Origin: Eledone cirrhosa
Taxonomy: Eukaryota
DNA length: 64,000 nucleotides
Assembly (NCBI GenBank): GCA_964016885.1
Contig: OZ024742.1
Coordinates: forward strand, 294,314,001 to 294,378,000
Reading direction: 5' to 3'
Made by a program: the position numbers and the translations under genes. Shown piece by piece: positions 11,870-24,255 of the stretch. The notes under the pieces are model-generated. The model was not told the DNA's origin. It did no database searches and was given only the letters and a program-made list of their open reading frames with translations. Each line of letters starts with the position of its first letter. The first letter of the stretch is position 1.

Positions 11870-11870
<1 letters not shown>

Positions 11871-12071
11871 GATAGAGTAAGACACGCTTCGCATCGGCTC
11901 CGCTATTCCATCGGGATTTACCCTTACTATTGTAAGTACCGGATAAATTTTTTAGTGCAACACATTTGGAACACTAACCCCTGTTATTTAGGGAAACATT
12001 TTTGCATTTACCCCCTTTTTAGGGGGTAAAATAAATATCTATTTTTGCCGAAAAATTTCTTTCTTGGCAGC

Positions 12072-13904
12072 ATGGCGGAAAAGATGGCAGACATGTCTGC
12101 CATTAGCTCTGCCACGCCCCCCAAGTCTGAAGAACAAAAAATAATTACAACAAAAATAGACAATGAAACAAACAAAGAAAATGAAAAAACAAATGTTAAG
12201 GAAAATGAGCAAACAGAAAACAAACAAACAGAAAATAATACAAATAACAACAGGGCAACTTTCGCCCAGAAAACAAAACAATCCATTACATACACACCAA
12301 TTGACCTAACTGCCGCCAGAGAAAAACTGGCCGAAGCAAAGAAACACATTGTTTTGGGGGAGAACGGAATGTTTTCCATTAACTCCCCCCCAGAATTCAA
12401 GAAAGCCAGAGCAGAAAACACAGTTCTCTACAGAACTATACTGAACCAGACAAGAAAGCCAGCACAGCCCAGCCAAATGGAAATAGAGTTAGTCCTAAAA
12501 GACTATATGAAGAATATTCTCTTCATACGAAAGGACCGACTCTATGGCAGCATTTCGGTCCTAACAAGAGACAAAGAAACGGCGGAGAAGCTTTCCCTAA
12601 GCCCACTCTCGTCGACAACATATAGCTTCTATCCCTCCTACATGGGTAGAAGAACACAGAGAGTAAAAGTAAAAACAATGCTGCCCACAATGGACTTCTG
12701 GTGGGCTATTGCTGGCTTCATTGATATGGGCAAAGACACAATGCTGTCAATGGGGAAGGCAACTGGAGATGCGTTCCTGGGAATGGGCCTCGACATACTA
12801 GTCCAAATGAGGCCCAAAAGAATAGCACAAATCCCGGATCACATCTGGCTGGATGACCTTACCCCAATAGACATAATTGTAGAGGGGAGAAGACCAGCAT
12901 GCTATTTATGCATGGAAAGGGGACACGTTAAGGCTAACTGCCCGAAACGTATCCCCCAAAAAGGACTATTGCCCACACCCACCACAAACAGTACACCAAC
13001 ACCACCCACCTCCAAAAATACACTAATACCACACACAGCAAACAAAATACAGACACCACCAACCACAAACACAACACAAACATCACCACCACCAGCACCA
13101 AACACAAGCACGACACAAAAATCACCACCACCAACCACAACACAAACATCACCACCACCATCACCAACCACAAGCACGACACAAACATTACCACCACCAC
13201 CACAAAACCCATTCCAAACAAATAATAAAAAAAACAGTAACAAATCTACCCCTCCCGCAAAAAAAAAACAACCACACAACACGTCCCTCCCACCTAGCGC
13301 TGAAGAGTTTCCCCCAACTTCTGAAGAAGAAGGAGGAGAAGCCTTCAGACAAGTTAAAAGAAAAAAAAGAAAACACACACCCAGCACACCACAAATAACC
13401 CACACACAAACACCAACTCCAATCAAAAACACCCCACCCTCAACAAACAAAAATAAATCTGCGCCTCCCCTCTCCGAAACATTGACAGCATCACAAAAAA
13501 AGACGTTGCAATACACATATATAAATAAAGAAAACAAAAAACTGGTTAAATTAATAAACAATAACCCTATGGTGCAGACCGAAGGGCCAAACTTTATCTC
13601 AACAGAGAACTTCACCCATTTAAAAATGATAAAGGTCCCTCTGGACCTTTATCGTTCCTTAAAAGAACAATTTAGACGGGACGTGAGCCCCCCCTGTTTA
13701 AAACCGTTGAATCGCGTCCTCTTGAAAGATTTCCCCATAACCGTCCCTCTCCCTGACACAACTCCAAATACCCCAACCCCACCACACACGTGTACTCCCA
13801 CACCACCACAAAACATCCCTCCACCCAACACACCTGATGCCATGGAAATTACGCAACCCGGAGAGGTAAGTGCTTTTCTTTCTTCACTTTCAACACCAAA
13901 ATAG
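12072..13904 (+). CDS. Tx1 ORF1 nucleic-acid-binding protein
   Basis: First ATG at 12072 in good context (AGCATGG); CCHC knuckle CYLCMERGHVKANC preceded by IIVEGRRP; long Pro/Thr-rich tail; basic patch VKRKKRK. Confidence 0.85.
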   Translation: MAEKMADMSAISSATPPKSEEQKIITTKIDNETNKENEKTNVKENEQTENKQTENNTNNNRATFAQKTKQSITYTPIDLTAAREKLAEAKKHIVLGENGMFSINSPPEFKKARAENTVLYRTILNQTRKPAQPSQMEIELVLKDYMKNILFIRKDRLYGSISVLTRDKETAEKLSLSPLSSTTYSFYPSYMGRRTQRVKVKTMLPTMDFWWAIAGFIDMGKDTMLSMGKATGDAFLGMGLDILVQMRPKRIAQIPDHIWLDDLTPIDIIVEGRRPACYLCMERGHVKANCPKRIPQKGLLPTPTTNSTPTPPTSKNTLIPHTANKIQTPPTTNTTQTSPPPAPNTSTTQKSPPPTTTQTSPPPSPTTSTTQTLPPPPQNPFQTNNKKNSNKSTPPAKKKQPHNTSLPPSAEEFPPTSEEEGGEAFRQVKRKKRKHTPSTPQITHTQTPTPIKNTPPSTNKNKSAPPLSETLTASQKKTLQYTYINKENKKLVKLINNNPMVQTEGPNFISTENFTHLKMIKVPLDLYRSLKEQFRRDVSPPCLKPLNRVLLKDFPITVPLPDTTPNTPTPPHTCTPTPPQNIPPPNTPDAMEITQPGEVSAFLSSLSTPK

Positions 13905-13909
13905 ATCAA

Positions 13910-16900
13910 TTGAGAGTTGGCTGTTTGAACGCGCGTGGCCTGGGCTCAGCTTGGAAGCAAGCAAAGCTTCTAAGTGACCTCAGGTCACAAAGTATAGATG
14001 TGATGGTTGTTTGCGAGAGTCGGATCAGCAGCGTGAGACAGCTGGCGCCCGCCTTCGATGACTTTGAGATGCACGCATCTCTCTGTCAACCCGGAGGCGG
14101 GGGGGGGGAGTTGCCGTACTGCTGGATAAACGTCTGACTCTCGACGTACAGATTGTTCACTCGGACCCGGGGGGTCGATTACTGGTGCTGGACGTCGGAG
14201 GCGGTGAAGGCGGGGCTTTCAGACTGGTCGGTCTTTATTCTCCCTTCGGGGCGGAAAGAGCCGACTTCTTCCAGCGTCTGGAGACTTTTCTAGGAACGTC
14301 GCGTTCCCTGCTTTTAGTGGGGGACTGGAATGGAATCCTAGATGCGCGTTGGGACTATGCAGGGGCATGTCCCGATAGAGGGGGGGTGTAGCAGCCTCAA
14401 GGGGTTACTCGATCGATTCGACCTGGTCGATAGATTTCGACTAGATTGTCCAACTGCGCCAACCTGGACCTGGGCAAACCGCAGTGGACAATCTAGATCG
14501 TACCTAGATAGGTTTTTGGTTAGGAGTAAGGATAGGGACGTATTTAGTTGTCCAGAACTGATCATGGTTGGCTATTCAGATCACAAATTAGTGACCTGCG
14601 TGGTCAACCTTGATAGAACGCATAGACAGGGTCCCGGTTACTGGAAGATGAACTTGTCCTTACCGACAAAGAAAGATTACAGAAACCGGATTAGTAGCTT
14701 AGTTAAGATGCGGTTGACGGGAGCGATCGTCAACAGTAGGTGGTGGATATCTCTAAAGAGAGAGATTAGAGTAAATTCGATAGGTTACAGTAAGGAACTA
14801 GCGGCGAATAGAAATAGGAGGGAAAGGGAGTTAACAGATAAACTAGAAGAGGCGATTAGGAGCGGAGACGTAGCCAGAGTGTTAGCGACGAGAACGGCAT
14901 TGAGCCAGTTCTTTGACGCGAAGCACGAAGGCTGCGTTGTCCGAAGTAAAATACGTGCTTTAGGAAACGAGGGGACCAAAGCTGTTAGCTGGGCCCGCGT
15001 GACAGAAGCCAAGAGTGGGATTAAATCCACCATTCGGTCTTTGCGAGACCAGGATGGACGGGTGATCCTTGAACCTGAGCGAATGTGCGAGACCTTTCAA
15101 AGGCACTTTGCTCGACTGTTCGGAGGTGGCGGGGGGCCGGACGGGGATGTGGACTTCGGTCCATACCTCGACGGTCTACCGCGTCTTTCGAGCGGCGAAG
15201 CGGAGTGCTGCGAAAGGCCAATCACAGCCACTGAAATCGGGGAAGCGCTCAGCCAATGCAGCAGACGCAAATCCCCGGGTCTCGATGGTCTACCATACGA
15301 ACTTTATTTAGCTATGCCGGTCTTGTTCTCCGAACTCCTCGAGGCTGTCTATTGCAACTGGCAACAGAACGGGAGAATTCCCTGTTCTGTGACCAAGGGC
15401 GTGGTCACGCTAGTGAGGAAGGACGAGAGCAAGGGGGACGACTTAAGTAACTTTAGGCCCATAACTCTGCTGAATGCAGAGTTACAGATTTTGGCCAAGG
15501 TGTTGGCGAAGAGGTTGGCGCTTGTGGTGGGTGGTTTGGTGGGAGACGCGCAGACATGCGCTATCCCGTCCAGGTCCATTCACGACAACCTCCACCTCAT
15601 GCGATACATCATAGAGAGGGTTGGCTACGAACCCGGCTTTGGTGGGGCCCTGATCAACTTGGATCAATCTAAGGCGTTCGATAGGGTCGACCATGGTTAC
15701 CTGGATGCGGTGCTAGCGGCGGCGGGCTTCGGACCCGTTTTCAGGGGCTGGATTTCTGCCATGCACAGTGGCAACATCTACTCTAGGATTAAAGTAAACG
15801 GCTACCTCTCGGAGCCGTTTCAAATCATCCGATCCATCAGACAGGGGTGCCCCCTCTCCTCCCTTCTGTACGTATTGACTCTCGAGCCACTGCTGCGGAA
15901 GTTGGAGTTGCTGCGGGGCATACCCCTGGAACCGGGATTGCACAAAGCGGTCTTGGCCTATGCCGACGACGTAACAGTAATGGTGGCGGACGCCTCGGAA
16001 ATCGGGGCGATCGCCACCCTACTGGAGGAATACGAAAGGCTGACGGGGGCTAAGCTGAACCAGGACAAGTCAGTCGGTTTGCAACTCGGAACGTGGAGGG
16101 GCAAACCGATGCCGTTAGACGGTGTCGTCGGGCGGTGGACGGAGGGCCCGGTGAAGCTGCTCGGGGTCTGGTTCGGACCGGACCTCCAGGTGGAGAAGAA
16201 TTGGGGCGAGGTGACGAGCAGGGTGTTTGCGCTGACCCAGAAGTGGGCCAAGTGCAAACTATCACTGAAAGGTCGGGCGGAGGTGACGAACGCTTACATA
16301 GCGTCCGTCATCTACTACCGCCTGACCGTCGTGCCTTGCCCCAAGGAAAAGCTCACCATCATGGAACGCATGCTCTTCCAGTTCCTCTGGAAGAAGCGGC
16401 CTCCCATGGTGAGGAGATCCATCTGCTGCCAGCACCCTTCGAAAGGAGGGCTGGGTATGCCGTGGCTGTTGATGTGTAGGCACGCATTGAGGCTACGGCA
16501 TCTACAGGTATTCCTCAACGGTCAGCCGGTGTGGGCCCCGTTTGTGAGGCGAGCCTTCCCACAGCTCGTCTCGCTCACCGAACTGCAATCCTGGGTGAAG
16601 CAAAGACCGAGAAAACTGGGCAACTGGCACACCGAGTGTGCCCAGGTGCTCACGGCTATCTGGCAAGCGGACCCGACTGTCAGTGGAGAATCCACCTCGA
16701 CATTCTATAGAGGGTTGGTGGCTAGCAGGGGCGACGACACCCTTGGAGAGTCGCTAGGCATGGAGGAGGACGAACTGGCCAGCCTGTTCGGTAGAACTTT
16801 CGGCCCGGGACCCATGGACAACTTCCAGAGGTCCCTAGCCTGGCAGTGTTACCGGGGGGCTCTGCCCGTTCGAGAAAAGCTCTACAGACACGGGCGCCCG

Positions 16901-17341
16901 GGCAGGGATCCCGCGAAAAAGATCTGTCCCAGATGCGTGCGCGACGAGGAAACCGTTGCGCATGCACTGGTACACTGCCCGGGCGTTGCCGATCTGTGGG
17001 GCTACGTCGAACGACTGCTGTCGCGTGTGGCGCCGATTCGATTAACCGCCGAGTCTGTGGTGAACATCAAGCCGCCTCCTCCCTTCAGAAATGAAGCAGA
17101 GGCGGTCTTTCTGTGCGTAATAGCCATGATGAAAGAGGTTGTGTGGTGGACGCGCCTGAAAGGTCTGAGGTCGGGTGACTTTCTCTCCGGCCATCACCTG
17201 GTTTACTTCTTCCGATACCACTTCGGAAGAAGAATCAGGATGGAGAGAGAAGTGCTTGGTCCCAGACAGTTTTATGAAAGGTGGGTGAAAGAAGCGAGAA
17301 TGGCCCGTGTAAATGGGCCTTCTCTCTACATTGTTCTGTAG
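13910..17341 (+). CDS. Tx1 ORF2 (apurinic endonuclease + reverse transcriptase + zinc finger), interrupted by two compensating frameshifts in G runs
   Basis: EN motifs CLNARGL, VCESR, GGVAVLL, LYSP, VGDWN, YLDRF, YSDH across three ORF pieces; RT motifs NFRPITLLN, DQSKAFD, RQGCPLS, YADD; CPRC..H..HC finger. Confidence 0.88.
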
Positions 17342-18039
17342 GTGAAGAAGTGAAGAGGAAAGGGGGAGCGCCTCCCCCGCGAAAAGAGTTGCACACTTTT
17401 CGGGGGTATGTGCAATCCCCAACACGCCCCCTCCCTTTTGAGGACTTTTTATTGTTATATTATTATTGTTATTCCTTTTTTCTTTACTCGATTTATGTAA
17501 ACTCCCCCACTGTGTAAATGTCCCCTTCTTTTGTGCCCTCGTGGCAAATAAATAGAAATTTATCTATCTATCTATCTATCTATTAATCTATCTGTCTACC
17601 ACACTTGTATGTTTGTCTGTCAGTGTGTCTAAATATTTATGTTTATCAATCCCTTCATCAATCTATCTAGCCATCTGTCTGAAACAATTATTGTCATCAT
17701 CACCATCATCATCTATCTCAATCCCAATTGTATTAAGTAGGGACCCAAGACACTAGATGTTTCCACAACTAAAAACATTTTTTTTTTCTTGGTGATTGAT
17801 GTATATAGAAAAGTGCCATGATCTATGAGAATGAGATATTATGTAATGAAAACTGGAAATGAGAATGGTCCAGTGGTTGATTGGAGTATTGTTCAGGGAG
17901 AGGAAGGCAAATAATGAATGGTAGAGGATGATAGAAGCTGTGGTCATCTGTCCTGTCAAATCTCAGAAAATGACAATCCATCTAACCTTATGTTAGCATA
18001 GAAAATAGATATTAAACAGCGATGATGGTGGTGATGATG

Positions 18040-18235
18040 ATGATGGGAATAGAACTAGTGATGGATGTTGTAAAGAGAAATGGAATGAGATGGTTGGATC
18101 ATGTGTTGGGGAAGGATGGAAGTGACTGGGTGAGAGGAGTGATTGAAATGAATGTGGGAGCAGGTGGAGGAAAGGGAAGACCAAGAAAGACAACAGCTAA
18201 ATATAACATAGGAGGGGATGATAGAGCAAAATGAA
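18040..18235 (+). mobile_element. Old RTE LINE 3' fragment
   Basis: MRWLDHVL.KD...GKGRPRKT translation. Confidence 0.55.
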
Positions 18236-18692
18236 GCTTGTCATGGGGTCAGAAAGGCTAATTCCTGCTTCATTTGGGAAAATGACCTTAAAATGTTTGT
18301 TGTTGTATTGATGTACATAAAGTATTTGTAATTTTGAGTGAAGATTTATCAGTTCAAATAAGGCCATGTCAATTAAAAGTGAAAACAATGATTTCAAAAT
18401 GAGATTAACACAAAAGATTTGACTATGATATTTTGAAATATGAAGAGTCTGAAATAACTCTGTAACATCGTTTGTAATGTCAACAACGTGAACTTGCCTG
18501 ATTAATTATGAGTTTTTATCTGTCCAGTAACAAGACAAAAAAATCATGTGGTTGTCATATTTTCCTGTATTTTCAGGTGTAAGTGCAACAATGACACTGA
18601 CCCAAGGCCACAACAATCTATGAGTTGACTGCAAGCAGCGTTAGACTTTTGTATCTACTTTGTTCTACGTTCTCTTGATGCTATTTGTCTAC

Positions 18693-18879
18693 TGGCCAGA
18701 GTTCTCTCACCTCTTTCTGTTCAAACTGGCTGTAACTTGCCGCTCAAACTGATGTTAAGGTATTGTTCTCAAAATAAATAATATCCAAATCTCATAGATA
18801 ATGTGAGATAATTATATAAGATGAAACCTTTACCACAAAAATACAATAGTATATATAGAGTAATGTAAATGCTAAAGGG
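18693..18879. mobile_element. piggyBac-type MITE, left end lost
   Basis: Same internal sequence as 7912 and 36128; ends TAAATGCTAAAGGG|TTAA. Confidence 0.8.
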
Positions 18880-21435
18880 TTAAAGAATAAGAAATTTAAC
18901 TCTAAAATTATTAGGTGCCATACAGGACCTGAAAACTATCTTCATGCAATGATTTTAGAAGCTGCATACTGTCAAATTTTATTAATACAATGATTGAAAA
19001 TGAACTAATTACGGTTTAATAAAAAAAAAAGTCATCTTTTCAATTTGTTTTGTTTATAGCATTATATTCTCCAAATGAAAAAGTCTTCCCAGCTACATTT
19101 TCTATATGAGAAGATACATCATGTATTCTTGGCTAATTAAATCAAATCAATTTATGTTTTGTTTACTTGGTATAAGCCCAGTGATATGTACTCATTTTGT
19201 AATATGTATTCATTTTGAAACTGTTATTCCCACTTTGATCTGACGTGTGCATTTTGAAATAGCTATTCTCACTTTGAACTGATATATCCTCATTTAGAAT
19301 TACAAATACTGTAGTTTTATGGATTTAGCCTCTCTGTAGTTGAAACTGTCTCAGGTGACACTGATTTTTGTGTTTGCACTTTGAGACCAACTCTAACTTT
19401 TTATTTAATTGTATATAATCCTTTGTCAGGATGTTCAATTTCTCTGATAGACAGGGTTGAACCTATTTGATCTGTTATCATGTGGATTGCCTAGTTTATA
19501 TTAATGCTATCTTTTATTTTTATTTGACTTAGAAGCTTCAAATATATTTATCCAATGATGTAGTGTTCCAGTATACTAGATGTTGTGTATATGAGTTGTA
19601 GGGGATATATTTTCCTGAATTTAGATTTAAAGTGATATCCAGTAAATTATATTTGCATTTAATCTCTAAAAGTTTAAATTTAAAGTATTTTCTAAATGTA
19701 GATTATCATTTGTGCACAGGCCTAAACAATTGTATCAGACAATCGTGTTTGTACAGGCTTAAACAATTGTATCTAAACTAGATATTTATAGACAACAATC
19801 ACATCTAAAAACAAAGCAGACTCAGTCAGTTATCTTTTGTTGAATTCAGTTTTTGGTGTCGAGAGACATCTCAATGTATAAGTTTTATTCCGTAAAAAAA
19901 AGAACAAAAGAATATTTTTATTTTATATTTATTTTACACAAGCCTGACGCCTACCAGTTCGTGTCCATGTGATTCTTTCTTACAAACTTTGTAGCAGCAG
20001 GTTTCGTTGAGTTTCTTCTTTCACCGCTGGTAAGTAGCTATTTTCTTTGTGGACTCCTTACACCCACAACATTTGGTCAAACCGATTCCACGTGTCATAT
20101 TTTAAACGAACTTTCTATAATGTTTGAATACTTATGACAAGGTTAGGTTTAATATTATTTTCACCGTTATTTTAATCCGAAATTTGAATAAACTATATCG
20201 AAAAGTTGTTATAGACTGTGAAACAACAATGTTTAAAAAAAAAACAGCAGGCTATAGTAAAAAGCTATTACATGATTATTGGCAACATATGTAAAGCTAT
20301 TTCATTTTAGTATTTTATTGTAAAAATTTATTTAAGGTCTGTATATATTTGATAATGTTCAACGATTGTTATAAGGACGGAGATAACGTAAATAAAAAGG
20401 CCAGTTATATTGTGATGAAATCTGGTCATATTATCAGGAGGATATTGTTTTCCGCTGACACCGTCTCTGGCGGATATTTGTTAATCAGGTGTTGCAAAGG
20501 TAAGTGAACGACAATTGTTATTTTTACATAGTTTCCTGTGGAGAGATAACAATCACGTCTAATGACACAATATCTAGGATATCATAACTACACAAATACA
20601 ATGATTAAAACACACAGTAACGAGTGATTACCAATAGCTCGGGACATTTATAGATGCGACTGCAAAACCAAGATATTCTGACGACAAACCAGCAGTCAAA
20701 AGGTTTGCAGTGTTTATCTTATTTTCATCTTAGTGACAACCTATCTTTGTTGGCGGCAAATTGAATATATTATAAAAGACACCCACACTATCATATCCTT
20801 ATTATATTTCATGCTCCGTTTTTTACTATCGAGACATTAAACCAGCATTACTCTTAACGAAGAACAGCTCACAGAAAAAGAGATACTTTATATTTTCATA
20901 TTCTTTATATAATATATAGATGTTCATTGTATCTTCTTCAGTAAGAAAACTAATATTTGCAGTAATATTTTATTAATTTCGTGTAATATTTTCTAAATGT
21001 CAATCTATATAACGATACATATCTCGAAGGTTTTCTCTCCCGTTCGTTTTCTCAATATTTTTACTCTCTATATTACTCCAACCTTCCCCCATCTTTATAT
21101 TCCACACCAAACCATGTTATGTAATACATGATGAAGGAACATTTCCAATATTTATCTTTAGCGAATCCTGTGTTGTAGTGTTTCTTTTTTCGAAAGGGAA
21201 AATAACAAAAGCCACTCCATTGGTGAACAACACTCCTTTAAGTATTTTGCACTGGCCTCCTAATATTTTCTGTCATTGAAGGCGTTAAATCACTATTTTT
21301 GTAGTAAATCACGAAACTTTAAAAAAATTGTTCTTTTTTTAGTTTTCGTTTGAATAACCTATGCGACATATATATATATATATATATATATAAATTCAAA
21401 ATATTAACAAAAATAGACATTCGTGTGATCAAGTA

Positions 21436-21502
21436 TATTTTATTATACATATTTCAGAGGTACTGAGCTATCTTCAACAGTACGTCCTCATCAGATAAAA
21501 TA
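21436..21502 (-). ncRNA. Minimal type I hammerhead ribozyme (mirror copy in the left arm)
   Basis: Exact reverse complement of 21622-21688. Confidence 0.72.
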
Positions 21503-21621
21503 AGATGATGCATGAAATACCCTCACTTAGTAGATGGTTAAGATTCAGTCATGGTAATGACGGTCACTACCATGACTGAATCTTAACCATCTACTAAGTG
21601 AGGGTATGTCATGCATCATCT

Positions 21622-21688
21622 TATTTTATCTGATGAGGACGTACTGTTGAAGATAGCTCAGTACCTCTGAAATATGTATAATAAAATA
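21622..21688 (+). ncRNA. Minimal type I hammerhead ribozyme (Penelope-like-element type)
   Basis: Stem I TATTTTAT/ATAAAATA; core CTGATGA (21630-36); stem II GGACGTACTG/CAGTACCTCT; GAAA (21669-72); quasi-palindromic stem III TATGTA; cleavage triplet AUA ending at 21680. Confidence 0.75.
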
Positions 21689-24154
21689 TACTTGATCACA
21701 CGAATGTCTATTTTTGTTAATATTTTGAATTAACATTAATAACTCCGGAAAACCAAATTTTGTTGAGTGCTTCCAATCTATTGTAAAACTCATTCTTTGA
21801 TTTATTCATTGAACCTTGTTTAACCTTTAAATATATATATACATATATATATATTTCCTAACACAACCCCACCCAACAACTCTAAAAACTAGCTAAAATA
21901 TGCCCTACAAAATCCAGTTAAATAAAATATTAAAATCCACCCACTATACTGGTACTAAGATGAACTTATCAGGCCATAATCGCCCTATATATATTATGAG
22001 GATTTTCTAACTAACGGTTAAGCTTTAACCGTTTCAATAGCAAAGAGTAATAAATTGAATCATGGTCTTACTGGTCTTAACCAGCAACATTTCACACACA
22101 CACATGTGTGTATGTATGTATACGTGTGTGTGTGTTTGCATATATATTGTTATACTTTGTGAGGGTCATGACCCTCTGAAAGTGTAACTGTTTCAACACG
22201 ATTTCACATTAAGGATCTTGCAAAATAAATACAAAATAGTGTACGTATGTGAATTATATATATATATATGTATATAATTTTGATGAAATTCCGTAATTCC
22301 GTGGTTTTAGGATGGGCTAAAGTTGGACATAAATTCGAGAATGGATGATAATAAAACTAATCTAAAATAACAAACAGGATGAAATTTATAATATATTAAT
22401 AAGATAAATATGTTCAGAATTACAGGCAAAGTTGATTGAATATCTGTTGGGATAGATAGGCTACGTACTTCTTAGTGATGTAGACACTCGTTTTCAATTA
22501 GCCCCCTCTCTCACATTAACATGTGTTTGTATTATATATGAAACAGTTCTAGTCCTGTAAAAGCCATTTCTATATTAAATGTTGTATATACTCTACTAAT
22601 GTATTGAGTACCTTACTTATTGTGGTTACCCCCGATTGAACCCGAGACTCACACACATTTATTTATATACACACACTCTTATGACTATTCGACAGACTAA
22701 AAGCCCAAGTTTCTTCAATTCTCTTTTGTTCAAATTCTTTTACTAGTCTTTCTTTAATGGGTCATGAAAATATATACCAGTAGCATATTGCGTTCGATTT
22801 GGTTGACTCTTTTTCTTCCAGTATGAAAGTGGTCTTGTGGCAGAGAAAGACATCTGTATATTAATCAATTTGTACATTATTTAATTTTTCTCAATATTTC
22901 CTTTGAGGTAGATTTGCTTTTCATTTTTATTATTGTGGCTTTATATATATTTGGTTGTAATTATTTTGTGTGTGACACTCACACATTTTACGTATACAAG
23001 CACATTATAGACATATGTACATATACATTCACATATATATACTTTTGCTCATACATAGACACATGTACATATACATTCACATATTTACATATACTTTTGC
23101 ACATACATAGACACATATGTACACATAACATTTTATATACACAGATCGACACGTATTTACATATACATTCACATACATAGACATATCTAAAAAAAAACTA
23201 AAGTCATCCGACTTCTTGTCATCAACATTATTAGCTTCACATACGTAGTCTTAACTCCCGTCTCTCTCTTCTCAAGTTGCTACAACAATTTATTGTCTTC
23301 TCTCTCTCTCCCACTCACTCTTTTCTCGAGTTGCTACGACACAATTTTTGTTTCTCTCATCTAACCAAGCTGTGTATTTGTGTATTGTCATGTTTTCCCA
23401 ATACTTTGTTATAGATACACACAACTACTCCTCTCATCACTTATATCCTGTCTCACTCGCAAATCAATACAAATAAAATTCAGTCCTTAATCTGTTCGTT
23501 ACGATATTTCCAATGAAAGACACTATGGTTTTAAAATAATCGTGGATTTAGAGGGATTTAGTAATATAACTTTCTCGTTTTTAAGATGATATTTGGAAAA
23601 CAACAAAGGTTCTTACATAAAGTTATGATAAAGGGTTTTTAGATGAATATAAACACTTAAAACAGTTGAAAATCAAAATGGTTAAGTCTCTCAGCTCAAT
23701 GAATTTCACCTGGCTTCAATATTTTAAACCCAACATTCGGAGTAGTGTGTGCATGCCTTCTGTCTTCTTTCTTTCTGACTATTTTTCCTTATTGATTAGT
23801 TTCTTTTGTAAATCATTTATTAGATTTCCATTATTCATTATATAAATCGACATACTTTAAAAATACACTGAATTGAAGACAATATCGGAAATACGAACTG
23901 TTGGTGGAGCGAGACATCTGGTAGATCAGTATGTTGGAAGATCGAATAAGATGAAATATATGTTGTATTTATGTCCTTAACTCTTTATATATTGTAATGA
24001 TTTAATAGAAAAATATCTAAAAACGGATTTGTTAATTCAAATGTTTGTAGTATCTATATTAATGGACAGATCGTAGTGAACATTTGCAGCAAACTAAATA
24101 AAAAACTTCAGTTTTTAATGCGAAGCAGTCATAGTACTATTTTATACTTTTTTT

Positions 24155-24255
24155 ATAATGATTTCTTATTTAGGCACAAGGCCAACAATTTGAGGGGAGG
24201 AGAACATCGATTAAATCGACCGAGTGCATTACTGGTGCTTTATTTTATCGACCCT
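24155..24255 (-). mobile_element. SINE 3' fragment (abundant family)
   Basis: TTAGGCACAAGGCCAAC...ACTGGTGCTTTATTTTATCGACCC. Confidence 0.75.

Larger units (their letters stand above)
11870..17560 (+). mobile_element. Full-length L1/Tx1-clade LINE (copy C), ~5.7 kb, flanked by (TATC)n on both sides
   Basis: ~200 bp 5'UTR, ORF1, ORF2 (APE-RT-zinc finger), and a 3'UTR ending GCCCTCGTGGC-AAATAAA. Confidence 0.93.
21393..21731. repeat. Near-perfect 339 bp palindrome centred at 21562
   Basis: The ~169 bp arms are reverse complements with only about two mismatches; bounded on the left by (TA)n. Confidence 0.97.

Noticed and set aside
12902-13909. Long antisense ORFs rich in V/G/C
   Set aside because: Shadows of the C/A-rich Tx1 ORF1 low-complexity region.
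20677-20712. CTGACGA followed by a CAAACC/GGTTTG stem (hammerhead-like)
   Set aside because: No GAAA after stem II and no stem III or cleavage triplet.
22150-22186. Small palindrome GAGGGTCATGACCCTC followed by GAAA
   Set aside because: No CUGANGA core; too short to interpret.
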